Source: Bacteroidota bacterium (GTDB lineage: Bacteria; Bacteroidota; Bacteroidia; Palsa-965). Taken from it: 64,000 nucleotides of DNA. The position numbers and the translations under genes are program-made. The DNA is taken from the NCBI GenBank assembly GCA_003153435.1, contig PLYR01000104.1, positions 2,796 through 66,795 on the forward strand. The letters run 5' to 3'. Of the stretch, positions 45,426 through 54,985 are shown piece after piece; positions within the stretch are counted from its first letter, which is position 1, and every line of letters begins with the position of its first letter. The notes under the pieces were generated by a model. That model was not told where the DNA came from. It worked only from the letters and a program-made list of their open reading frames with translations, and searched no databases.

Positions 45426-46793
45426 ATGAAAATCTTTGAAAACAAGATCGTGCGTTTCATAATATCTGCCGGGATAGCAGCGTTGCTGTACGCTATTTGT
45501 CCTCCCTGCTTGAGTAAACTGATTCTAGGTGCTGTTCTTCTCACTTTATTGGTCTTCATCAATGCCTCTTCTTTTTTCTCCCGTTTCTCCTGGCTTACAC
45601 ATGGCTCCAGAATTCTCGTAGGCTGCCTTTTCATCTTTTCAGGCTTTATCAAATCAAATGACCCGACGGGATTTTCCTACAAATTGGAAGAATACTTTGA
45701 TGTATTTGCAGACGATACAGCCAATTGGAGTTTTATTGCAGGCTTCTTTCATGGATTGAAATCTCTGTCTCTCTTTCTTGCAATATTTGTTTGTGTTACG
45801 GAAGTTGCACTTGGTTTTATGCTGCTTGTTGGGGCAAAAGTAAGGCTTACTCTTTGGCTTCTCCTGTTGCAGATCGTATTCTTCACGTTCCTTACTTTCT
45901 ATTCCGCCTGTTTCAATAAGGTAACTCACTGCGGGTGTTTTGGTGATGCAATTCAACTTACACCCTGGCAGAGCTTCGGAAAAGATCTTGCTCTTATGAT
46001 TCTGATTACAGTGCTTTGGGTCGGAGAGCAAAACATCAAACCGCTTTTCGGATCCTTTGTTGGCAACCTGGCAATCGTTTTAATCATAGCAGGATCGATT
46101 GCCTTCCCGCTCTATGCCTGGTACTATCTTCCACCGATAGATTTCAGGCCTTACGCCCCGGGTAAAAACCTGTGTGAAGAGATGAAACCCGGTCCGAAGT
46201 ACAAGCCGGCCAAGGTTGAAACAATTTTGACCTATAGGAATCTTCAAACAAATGAAAAGAAAGAATTTACCCAGCAAAATTACCCTTGGCAGGATACTCT
46301 TCACTGGAAATATGATACCATTGTGAACAACATTCTTGAAAAATCATTTGACGAACCTAAGATCACGGACTTTAAAATAACCGATCCGGAGACACAGGAT
46401 GACCTGACGGACTCCATACTCCGTATAAACGATTATTATTTTCTTCTCGTTGTGAATGAACTGGGAGAGAAGAAAAAGGATAGATTCGAACCAAGATCCT
46501 CCTACCTAAAGGTGCAGGGCAGAATCAATGATTTTGCGGCTCTTTGTGAAAAGGACAAGAAACATTTTTATGGTTTGACCAGTGCATCCAAATCCGAAAT
46601 ATCTGATTTCAGACATGAGGTTCAGGCGATGTATCCATATCTGAATTCTGATCAGACCGTACTGAAAACGATGATCAGGTCAAACCCTGGACTGATGCTA
46701 ATGAAAGGTTGTGTGGTGATTGCAAACTGGCCGTTTCATTCGCTGCCTTCGTATAACGATGTGAAGGAAAAATATTTTAAACAGGGCAAATAG
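45426..46793 (+). CDS. DoxX/MauE-like membrane protein (BT_3928 family)
   Basis: FIFSGFIKSNDPTGFSYKLEEYF, HCGCFGDAIQLTPWQSFGKD, DFRPY, LKTMIRSNPG. Confidence 0.88.
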   Translation: MKIFENKIVRFIISAGIAALLYAICPPCLSKLILGAVLLTLLVFINASSFFSRFSWLTHGSRILVGCLFIFSGFIKSNDPTGFSYKLEEYFDVFADDTANWSFIAGFFHGLKSLSLFLAIFVCVTEVALGFMLLVGAKVRLTLWLLLLQIVFFTFLTFYSACFNKVTHCGCFGDAIQLTPWQSFGKDLALMILITVLWVGEQNIKPLFGSFVGNLAIVLIIAGSIAFPLYAWYYLPPIDFRPYAPGKNLCEEMKPGPKYKPAKVETILTYRNLQTNEKKEFTQQNYPWQDTLHWKYDTIVNNILEKSFDEPKITDFKITDPETQDDLTDSILRINDYYFLLVVNELGEKKKDRFEPRSSYLKVQGRINDFAALCEKDKKHFYGLTSASKSEISDFRHEVQAMYPYLNSDQTVLKTMIRSNPGLMLMKGCVVIANWPFHSLPSYNDVKEKYFKQGK

Positions 46794-46828
46794 AAGTAAC
46801 GGAGAGAGATCATTTAATATAGAGGGTT

Positions 46829-47905
46829 TTGCTGAAATTCATTACAAAGAGGTTCCTTTACGGGGTGTTGGTTATGCTGGGTGTAATCACCGTTATTTTC
46901 CTGCTGTTTAATGTCCTGCCAGGAGATCCTGCCAGGATGATGCTGGGGCAACGTGCGGATTCCCTTTCGATTGCAGCCATTAACAAGGATCTGGGAAGGG
47001 ATAAGCCCTTGATGACACAGTATATTATGTACCTGAATGATCTTAGCCCGATTTCCTGGTACAATATCAAAGACGAGTCCAACACTTTTTACCTGGATAG
47101 TACAAAATATGGACAACCCTGGAAGATCAAGATGGGAGCATCTGCATTGGTCTTCAAAGCACCTTACCTCCGGCGTTCGTATCAGACCAAACGAAAGGTT
47201 ACAGAACTGATCAAAGAAACCATGCCTGAAACCTTTGCATTGGCGTTCGCGTCCATGCTTATTGCTTCGGTCCTTGGGATTGGTTTTGGTATTATCGCGG
47301 CCATTAAAAAGAACAGCTTCTTTGACCGGGTTTCATTTATAGTCGCTATTATTGGTATGTCCGGCCCTTCCTTCTTCATAGGGTTGTTACTCATGCTGCT
47401 TTTCGGTTTTGTGTTGAGCGATTATACGGGTCTGAAAGTAGTGGGAAGTCTCTATATGGTGGATGAGTATACCGGTAAAGAGGTCATGCATCTTCAAAAC
47501 CTGATTCTGCCCGCCATAACGCTAGGGCTCAGACCGTGGGCCATTGTATTGCAGCTTACACGAAGTTCTCTGCTGGAAGTATTGTCTCATGATTATATTC
47601 GTACCGCCAAAGCAAAGGGGCTGAGCTATTACAAAGTAATCTTCAAGCATGCCCTTAAAAATGCCTTGAACCCTGTCATCACTTCCATTTCAGGTTGGCT
47701 GGCGGGACTTATGGCAGGAGCTGTACTCGTCGAAAGGGTCTTCGACTGGAAAGGTATTGGGAGTGCGGTCGTGGAAGCATTGGACAATTATGACCTTCCT
47801 GTCGTCATGGGAAGCACTTTGGTTTTCGCAACTATTTTTATTGTAATTAATATTTTAGTAGATATCACTTACGGAATTCTCGACCCTCGGGTTCGTGTTC
47901 AATAA
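46829..47905 (+). CDS. ABC transporter permease (DppB/OppB type)
   Basis: LPGDPARMMLG, LILPAITLG, DYIRTAKAKGL, HALKNAL, LDPRV. Confidence 0.93.
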   Translation: MLKFITKRFLYGVLVMLGVITVIFLLFNVLPGDPARMMLGQRADSLSIAAINKDLGRDKPLMTQYIMYLNDLSPISWYNIKDESNTFYLDSTKYGQPWKIKMGASALVFKAPYLRRSYQTKRKVTELIKETMPETFALAFASMLIASVLGIGFGIIAAIKKNSFFDRVSFIVAIIGMSGPSFFIGLLLMLLFGFVLSDYTGLKVVGSLYMVDEYTGKEVMHLQNLILPAITLGLRPWAIVLQLTRSSLLEVLSHDYIRTAKAKGLSYYKVIFKHALKNALNPVITSISGWLAGLMAGAVLVERVFDWKGIGSAVVEALDNYDLPVVMGSTLVFATIFIVINILVDITYGILDPRVRVQ

Positions 47906-47929
47906 TTTATTTCCTGCTATCCGTTTTAT

Positions 47930-48703
47930 ATGAGAAAAAAAATAGTCGCAGGCAATTGGAAGATGAACAAAAATCTTCACGAATGCATTCTTCTCGCTGA
48001 TGACATCCGGGCTGGCCTGGAACCACTACCGAAAAATCAGCTTCCAACTGTTATACTAGCTCCGGCATTCCCTTTTCTTTATGCCGTTTCTCAGACCCTG
48101 GGTGTTAATCAAAGTATAACCACGTCTGCACAGAACTGTTCTTCTGAAAAATCCGGTGCTTATACCGGTGAAGTATCTGTTGATATGATCCGCAGTACGG
48201 GTGCCAAATATGTCATTATCGGTCATTCCGAAAGAAGGTCTCTTTTTCTCGAGACAGAAGATTCTATTCGAAAAAAATTGATGGTCTGCCTGGAGGCAGA
48301 ACTTGCTCCTATACTTTGTATCGGGGAAAAATCAGAGGAGAGAAAAGAGGCGCGGCATTTTGAGGTTGTTAAAAAACAAATTGATTCTGCTACAGGTAAC
48401 CTTTCACCTGAAATACTTTCTAAATTGGTTATTGCCTATGAACCAGTCTGGGCGATTGGAACGGGGGTTCATGCAAGTCCGGCTCAGGCTCAGGAAATGC
48501 AGGCTTTTATTCGCCAGTCTTTTGCTCAAAGTAAGGGTATGGAATTTTCCCAAACTTTGCCCATCCTCTATGGAGGGAGTTGCAATCCCGGAAACGCAAA
48601 AGAATTATTTTCCTGTAAGGACGTAGATGGTGGACTAATCGGGGGGGCTTCCCTGAATGCATCTGATTTCCTCTCCATCATCAAGGCGGCGATGGACCTT
48701 TGA
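47930..48703 (+). CDS. tpiA: Triosephosphate isomerase
   Basis: AGNWKMN, GAYTGEVS, GHSERR, AYEPVWAIGTG, YGGS, GGLIGGASL. Confidence 0.97.
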   Translation: MRKKIVAGNWKMNKNLHECILLADDIRAGLEPLPKNQLPTVILAPAFPFLYAVSQTLGVNQSITTSAQNCSSEKSGAYTGEVSVDMIRSTGAKYVIIGHSERRSLFLETEDSIRKKLMVCLEAELAPILCIGEKSEERKEARHFEVVKKQIDSATGNLSPEILSKLVIAYEPVWAIGTGVHASPAQAQEMQAFIRQSFAQSKGMEFSQTLPILYGGSCNPGNAKELFSCKDVDGGLIGGASLNASDFLSIIKAAMDL

Positions 48704-48724
48704 TTTTCTAAAACAAACAATCGC

Positions 48725-49558
48725 TTGTCCTCTTATCTTGAATTTGATTTTAAAGTGAATCCACCGATTCCAGGAACGGACATACTCATTTCCGAACTAG
48801 CTGACGCTGGCTTTGAAAGCTTTGAGGAAACGGATAAGGGTTGCAAAGCCTGGATTCCGGCCGAAAGTTATGATGACTCTCTATTCGATATCATTGCAGT
48901 TTTCAAGTCTTCCGAATTTCACATTTCCTATGAGGTAAAGATGATAGCCCCTCTTAACTGGAATGCGGTATGGGAGAGCAGTTTTGAGCCCGTTATTACA
49001 GACCAATGTATCATCAGGGCTCCCTTTCATGTAGTTGACAGAAAGTTTGAATACGAGGTGGTTATTTTGCCTCAGATGTCTTTTGGAACCGGTCATCATG
49101 AAACGACATCCCTTATGGTAGCGAAATTATTAACAATGGACCTACAGGAAAAGGACGTACTGGATATGGGATGCGGAACAGGAGTCCTGGCTATATTAGC
49201 CTCCATGAAAGGGGCTGCAAAAGTATGGGCGGTTGATAATAATACCAATGCAGTCGAAAATACACTTGAAAATATTACGTTGAATAAAGCAGAGCGAATT
49301 CTTGTTCATAAAGGGGATGCTGCAATTTTGCAAGGCAATGTATTTCATGTTATTTTCGCTAACATCAATAGGAACGTCTTATTAGCGGATATGAGAAGTT
49401 ATGCCGGGGCACTAAAACAAGGGGGCTCCTTACTTTTAAGTGGTTTCTTTGAAACAGACATCGTACAGCTTCTAGACTGTTGCGGACAGAATGGTCTGAC
49501 AGAAAAAGAAAGAGCTCTTAAAAACGGCTGGGCTCTGCTTGAGATGAGAAAAGATTGA
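48725..49558 (+). CDS. prmA: Ribosomal protein L11 methyltransferase
   Basis: NWNAVWE, PQMSFGTGHHETT, LDMGCGTGVL, ANINRN; TTG start. Confidence 0.95.
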   Translation: MSSYLEFDFKVNPPIPGTDILISELADAGFESFEETDKGCKAWIPAESYDDSLFDIIAVFKSSEFHISYEVKMIAPLNWNAVWESSFEPVITDQCIIRAPFHVVDRKFEYEVVILPQMSFGTGHHETTSLMVAKLLTMDLQEKDVLDMGCGTGVLAILASMKGAAKVWAVDNNTNAVENTLENITLNKAERILVHKGDAAILQGNVFHVIFANINRNVLLADMRSYAGALKQGGSLLLSGFFETDIVQLLDCCGQNGLTEKERALKNGWALLEMRKD

Positions 49559-49585
49559 ACGATAAGCTATTAATAAATCTACTTC

Positions 49586-52500
49586 ATGCAAATTATCAAA
49601 AAGACTCTTCTTTTTTCCCTGATCTTCCTCTTCTCCGGATTACATATGTCTGCCCAAACGCAAGCAAAATCATTTACTGAGGACCCTGTCGTTTTTATTA
49701 AGGAACTGGTCGATTTTTTCGAAACCAGTGAAAAGAAGGAAGGAAAGACTTATATCAATGAGGTCTTCCAACCTGTGTGGCTGAAGATGGATGATTCAAA
49801 AAAAGCTTTCGTTTATAAGATGTGCAACGCAATGCTTAAAAAGCGAATGCATACCCCTGAGTTCAGGAGTTTGCTCAACGCAGTCATGGCGTTCGTGAAT
49901 GGCAGTCAGCCTGAGAAGAATTTTACCGAATGGCAGAGCTGCCTTGACAAACTTATAGCCGGCAAGGTTAGTAAGCCTTTTGTTGATTTCGTCGGCATGA
50001 GTGAGAACCTGTTTTCTTCAAACACCTTTTACAAATCACCTACTGCAGAGTGGAGGACAGAATCCAGTGATTACCAACTCTTTTGTGACAGTATTCCAAG
50101 GATTATTTTCAAAAGTCTGAATTTGCATGGTTACTCTAAGGGTGATAGCACCGTCATCCTCAATACTTCCGGAACATATTTCCCGACTCAGGGTAAGTGG
50201 GTTGGAAATGGAGGGAGGGTGACCTGGAAAAGATGCGGATTGGATGAAAATCAGGTTTATGCCGATATCAAGCACTATACGATTGTCTTGAAAAACCCAA
50301 GTTATGTAGCTGATTCCGTGACTTTTTATAATCAGATTTATTTCAAAGGAAAACCGCTCTTAGGCAGGCTCACAGAAAAAGTAGTTTTCGATGCTACAGA
50401 AAAAAACGCTGCTTTTCCGCGGTTTGATTCCTATAGCTCGAGGTACTCTATCAAAAACTTGTTCGAGAATGTTGACTTTGATGGAGGGTTTTCTCAGGCC
50501 GGAGGGCGTTTCCTGGGATCAGGATCCAAACAGGGTGAAGCCTCCGTTGTTTTTAAAAGAAAAGACAAAAAGTTTTTGGTAGTTCATTCCTCCGGATTCG
50601 TGATCACCAAAGAGAAACTTACCAGCGCTGATGCTGCTGTTACTTTTTATCTGGATAATGATTCCATCTGTCATCCCGATGTGAACTTCAAGTATATCAT
50701 TGCTGATAAAAAAGTTACCCTCTACAGAAGTGATGAAGGAGCCTCCCAGAGTCCATTCACCAATTCATTCCATAATATCGATATGTGGTTTGAGCAGCTC
50801 ACGTGGAAAATTGAAGAGCCAAGGATAGAGATCAGTGCTGTGCCAGGAAGCAGTACAAGTGAGGCAACTTTCCGATCCAAAACCTACTTCAGACGCCTCA
50901 TTTGGGATAAATTTCAGGGAATCGGTACGGTTAATCCTCTACCGTTAATCAAGGATTTCGTGGTTAAAGGAAATGGTGGGAAAAAAGATTTTACGATTAC
51001 TCAGTTAGCCGGTTATTTGAAGCAAAATCCTCAGGATCTAAGGATTGAGATGCTAAAGTTTTCTTTTTATGGACTGGTCTCGATGGATCTGGAAACAGAT
51101 AAGGTGGTTGTGAGAGACAAACTCTTCAACTTTATTTCCAATGCACAGAACAGGCTGGACTATGATATTATAGAATTTAATTCCAGTGTTCCTCCTTCTT
51201 CACTGAATGGAAGTATCAATTTGCTCAACTATGATATGACTATCAAGGGTGTTGCGCAGATCCAAATGAGTGACTCTCAGAATGTGGTTATATACCCGAA
51301 GAACCGAGAAATTATCCTTAAGAAAAACAGAAATTACACTTTTGCTGGTAGGGTAGAGGCTGGAAAATTCGAATTTTTCGGAAAGGAATTTTCATTCGAT
51401 TACGAGCAGTTTAAAGTTAACCTTAACAACGTGGATTCCCTGAGGATGATTGTAGACGGGAAAGGAGTGGATGCTTTTGGAAAGGCTATCCAGGTTCCCT
51501 GTAAGACGGTGGTGGAAGATATTAACGGAGATCTGCTGATTGACCATCCGGGAAATAAGTCGGGTATTTTTAGTGCCAATCTTGCCCAATATCCAATATT
51601 TAACAGCAAGAAAGAGTCATTTGCTTATTACGACAAGAAAAATATTCAGAAAGGGGTTTATAAACGGGAGAAATTCTACTTCAAGCTGGAACCTTTCTCA
51701 ATCGATTCCCTGGATAACTTCTCGAACTCAGGTCTGAACTTTAAAGGGAAAATGACATCCGGAGGAATTTTTCCGGACTTTCAGGAAGCACTTACATTGC
51801 AACCCGATTATTCTCTCGGTTTCGTCAGATCAGCGCCTCCTGGAGGGTTTCCGATGTATGGAGGCAAGGGTAAGTTCAATGATCAGATCCGATTGAGTAA
51901 TGAGGGGATGAAGGGGGATGGAACCATTGATTATGTAACATCTACCACTACATCCAAGAATTTTTTATTCTTCCCCGACTCCACCAATGCCGCAGCAGAA
52001 AAGTTCGATGTAAAGGAAGTGAAGGGTGGGAAAACAGAGTTTCCAACGGTTGCCGGGAAGAACATCTATATGCACTGGATGCCTAAAAATGACGTGATGC
52101 AGACCTTTGACAAGGATTCCACATTCAGTATGTATAAGGCACAGACTAAATTCCATGGAAGGCTTGATCTCACTCCAAACCTCCTTTCAGGCGATGGAAG
52201 AATCGATTTCGGCAATGCGGAGATGAAAGCCCCTCTGATGAAATTCAAGCAGAACAAGTTTGATTCAGATACGGCTGATTTTGCACTTAAATCGGACGAC
52301 TTCAAGGCGCTTAGTTTTGAAACAAACAATGTCAAATCCCATATCGACTTCGATACCCGTACCGGAGATTTTTCTTCGAATGGAAAGGGATCTATCGTAA
52401 AGTTCCCTGTGAATCAGTATATCTGTTTTATGGACAAGTTCCGGTGGTATATGGATAAGGAAACGATCGAACTCAATGGTGGAAAAGCAGCTCCCAAGGT

Positions 52501-54058
52501 TGGGGAATACACAGACCTGAATCTGGAAGGGCCTGAATTTATCTCTACTCACCCCAAACAGGATTCTTTACGTTTCGTTGCTCCTTCTGCAAAATATGAC
52601 CTCAAAAACCATATCATTTCAGCCAAGGATGTGGTTTACATTAATGTGGCCGATGCGAGGATCTATCCTGATAAAGGGGATGTAACCATTGAAAAGGATG
52701 CTTATATCGAACCCCTTACCAATGCCAAGATCCTGGCTAATACGGTTACAAAACACCATAAAATGTACAACGCGAATGTCAATATTTTCGCTAAGAAGAG
52801 TTACTCAGGTTCCGCTTCCTACGATTATATAGATGAAACCAAAGCCAAGCAGACCCTTTATTTCTCGAATGTTCAGGTAGATACTACGGCACAAACCTAT
52901 GCAGAAACAAAAGTTGCAGAGGATGCAAAATTCGCGCTCAGCCCGCATTTTGATTTTAATGGAAAGGTTAAGCTGCTTGCCTCTGAGGAGTTCCTGATTT
53001 TCGATGGGGTAACACGGATACAGCATTCCTGCGAAACGGTTAACAAAACCTGGTTCCAGTTCAAGGCTCAGATCAATCCGACTGCCATTCAGATTCCGAT
53101 TAGCGCTGACCCGGTTGATAATAACGGAAAACCAATTGCCGTAGGGGTAATGAGTACGACCGATTCAACACATGTCTACTCTGCATTCGTTTCCCGCAGA
53201 AAGAACAAGAACGATGTGGAAGTACTGACTGCCGACGGGTTCCTGATCTTTGATAAGAATACAGGGGAATATAAGGTATCCAATAAAGAGAAACTGATCG
53301 AAAGAAACCTCCCTGGAAACTATGTGAGCCTCCATGTAAATACCTGTGTGCTCTATGGTGAAGGAAAGATGAACCTTGGGGCGGATCTTGGAATGGTAAA
53401 GGTGACACCGGTAGGTACAGCCACTCATTATCTGGTTCCTGATTCTACTGCCTTTGACCTGATTGTTGCAACAGATTTCTTCTTTGACGACGGGCTAATG
53501 GATAAGATTTCCGATGCCATAACGGCCAAAACAGACCTAACCGCCACGGATTTTTCAAGGCCGGTGTATGAGAAAGGGCTAAGGGAACTGATCGGAAAGG
53601 AAAAAGCGGACAAGGCCATTTCGGATATCAATCTTTATGGGAAAATCAAAAAATTCCCGGATGAGCTGAAGACCACTATTTTGTTTACTGATGTCAAGAT
53701 GAAGTGGAATAAGAAGAGCCGGTCTTTCATCTCCACCGGGAAACTGGGTATAGGAAACATCAACAAGAATCAGATTAATAAGCTGATAGATGGAAAAATA
53801 GCGATAGAAAGGAAGAAAACTGGGGATATTCTCCATATTTACCTGCAGGTTGAAGATGGAAAATGGTATTATTTTGAGTATAACCGAGGAATTATGTCCG
53901 CAATTTCATCTGATGAGGCCTGGAATCAGGTTATTAAGGACATGAAATCGGATAAAAGAGAAACCAAGGGGGATAAAGGGCAGAGTTACCGCTTTATTCT
54001 GGGACAACCCAGCGCTCCTAAAATTTGGCTTAAAAGAGTTGGATGTGATGGTTGTTAG
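49586..54058 (+). CDS. Large (1490 aa) secreted beta-rich hypothetical protein
   Basis: Long intact ORF; signal peptide MSA|Q; helical N-terminus then mostly beta-strand patterning; no recognised family. Confidence 0.88.
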   Translation: MQIIKKTLLFSLIFLFSGLHMSAQTQAKSFTEDPVVFIKELVDFFETSEKKEGKTYINEVFQPVWLKMDDSKKAFVYKMCNAMLKKRMHTPEFRSLLNAVMAFVNGSQPEKNFTEWQSCLDKLIAGKVSKPFVDFVGMSENLFSSNTFYKSPTAEWRTESSDYQLFCDSIPRIIFKSLNLHGYSKGDSTVILNTSGTYFPTQGKWVGNGGRVTWKRCGLDENQVYADIKHYTIVLKNPSYVADSVTFYNQIYFKGKPLLGRLTEKVVFDATEKNAAFPRFDSYSSRYSIKNLFENVDFDGGFSQAGGRFLGSGSKQGEASVVFKRKDKKFLVVHSSGFVITKEKLTSADAAVTFYLDNDSICHPDVNFKYIIADKKVTLYRSDEGASQSPFTNSFHNIDMWFEQLTWKIEEPRIEISAVPGSSTSEATFRSKTYFRRLIWDKFQGIGTVNPLPLIKDFVVKGNGGKKDFTITQLAGYLKQNPQDLRIEMLKFSFYGLVSMDLETDKVVVRDKLFNFISNAQNRLDYDIIEFNSSVPPSSLNGSINLLNYDMTIKGVAQIQMSDSQNVVIYPKNREIILKKNRNYTFAGRVEAGKFEFFGKEFSFDYEQFKVNLNNVDSLRMIVDGKGVDAFGKAIQVPCKTVVEDINGDLLIDHPGNKSGIFSANLAQYPIFNSKKESFAYYDKKNIQKGVYKREKFYFKLEPFSIDSLDNFSNSGLNFKGKMTSGGIFPDFQEALTLQPDYSLGFVRSAPPGGFPMYGGKGKFNDQIRLSNEGMKGDGTIDYVTSTTTSKNFLFFPDSTNAAAEKFDVKEVKGGKTEFPTVAGKNIYMHWMPKNDVMQTFDKDSTFSMYKAQTKFHGRLDLTPNLLSGDGRIDFGNAEMKAPLMKFKQNKFDSDTADFALKSDDFKALSFETNNVKSHIDFDTRTGDFSSNGKGSIVKFPVNQYICFMDKFRWYMDKETIELNGGKAAPKVGEYTDLNLEGPEFISTHPKQDSLRFVAPSAKYDLKNHIISAKDVVYINVADARIYPDKGDVTIEKDAYIEPLTNAKILANTVTKHHKMYNANVNIFAKKSYSGSASYDYIDETKAKQTLYFSNVQVDTTAQTYAETKVAEDAKFALSPHFDFNGKVKLLASEEFLIFDGVTRIQHSCETVNKTWFQFKAQINPTAIQIPISADPVDNNGKPIAVGVMSTTDSTHVYSAFVSRRKNKNDVEVLTADGFLIFDKNTGEYKVSNKEKLIERNLPGNYVSLHVNTCVLYGEGKMNLGADLGMVKVTPVGTATHYLVPDSTAFDLIVATDFFFDDGLMDKISDAITAKTDLTATDFSRPVYEKGLRELIGKEKADKAISDINLYGKIKKFPDELKTTILFTDVKMKWNKKSRSFISTGKLGIGNINKNQINKLIDGKIAIERKKTGDILHIYLQVEDGKWYYFEYNRGIMSAISSDEAWNQVIKDMKSDKRETKGDKGQSYRFILGQPSAPKIWLKRVGCDGC

Positions 54059-54169
54059 GTAGTTAGATTATATTATATGAAGTATCAGTACACAAGAGTG
54101 AAGTCTTATTAACAAATAATTGTTATCATATTTTTAAGGATAGGTTGCCCTATTTTTATCAAATTACCC

Positions 54170-54177
54170 TATATTTG
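54170..54177 (+). promoter_or_regulatory. -7 element (TATATTTG) for plsY
   Basis: TAnnTTTG match 36 nt upstream of ATG. Confidence 0.6.
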
Positions 54178-54213
54178 AGTTATAGGAAGTATTGTCGGAC
54201 CTTAATTTAAAGA

Positions 54214-54867
54214 ATGATCACACCAATTGCAGTTTCTGCATTGATTTTTGCCTACCTCCTCGGTTCAATCCCTTCTGCAGTATGGGTTGGTAAAATCTTT
54301 TATAAAGTGGACGTACGGGAGTTTGGCAGCGGTAATGCCGGTGCCACGAATACTTTCCGAGTGTTGGGAAAGAGAGCTGGGGTTCCAGTCCTCATACTCG
54401 ATATTCTAAAGGGATGGATTGCGGTAAGCATGACTTATTATCTGGTAGATGACCTCCCTGGAACAGAGCCATTTGTAAACATGCAGATTGTTCTCGGAAT
54501 CGCTGCTCTTTTTGGCCATATCTTCCCGGTATTCGCAGGGTTTCGCGGAGGAAAGGGGATTGCGACTCTTCTTGGAATTATGCTTGCTATTCAACCTGGA
54601 GCTTCTTCCATTGCAATCTTTATCTTTTTAGCAGTATTCCTTATTTCCGGTTATGTGTCGCTCAGTTCCATGGTTGCCGGTTTCAGCTTTCCTTTCATCA
54701 TTATGGTTCTTTACAATACCAGCGTAGTGCCTTCCCTACTTATCTTTTCTTTCCTTATTGCTATCCTGATCCTGATTACTCACCAGAAAAACATCGAGCG
54801 CCTCATTAAAAGGCAGGAGAGTAAAACACGCATCCTACGTAAAAAAGACGGAGTGCTTGTAAAGTAA
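54214..54867 (+). CDS. plsY: Glycerol-3-phosphate acyltransferase PlsY
   Basis: AYLLGSIPS, GSGNAGATNTFR, DILKG, GHIFPVFAGFRGGKGIAT, HQKNIERL. Confidence 0.97.
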   Translation: MITPIAVSALIFAYLLGSIPSAVWVGKIFYKVDVREFGSGNAGATNTFRVLGKRAGVPVLILDILKGWIAVSMTYYLVDDLPGTEPFVNMQIVLGIAALFGHIFPVFAGFRGGKGIATLLGIMLAIQPGASSIAIFIFLAVFLISGYVSLSSMVAGFSFPFIIMVLYNTSVVPSLLIFSFLIAILILITHQKNIERLIKRQESKTRILRKKDGVLVK

Positions 54868-54926
54868 TCGGCCTACCCTGTAATTATGGAAAATCCCTCT
54901 GTTCAGCATCTTTGCATCAAATTGCC

Positions 54927-54934
54927 TAACTTTG
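54927..54934 (+). promoter_or_regulatory. -7 element (TAACTTTG) for the giant PD40 gene
   Basis: Overlaps the ORF-track TTG start, supporting ATG 54986. Confidence 0.6.
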
Positions 54935-54985
54935 TTGGACTCATTAGACGCACAACAGGCCGTTTCGATTATTGATGTGAAATGT

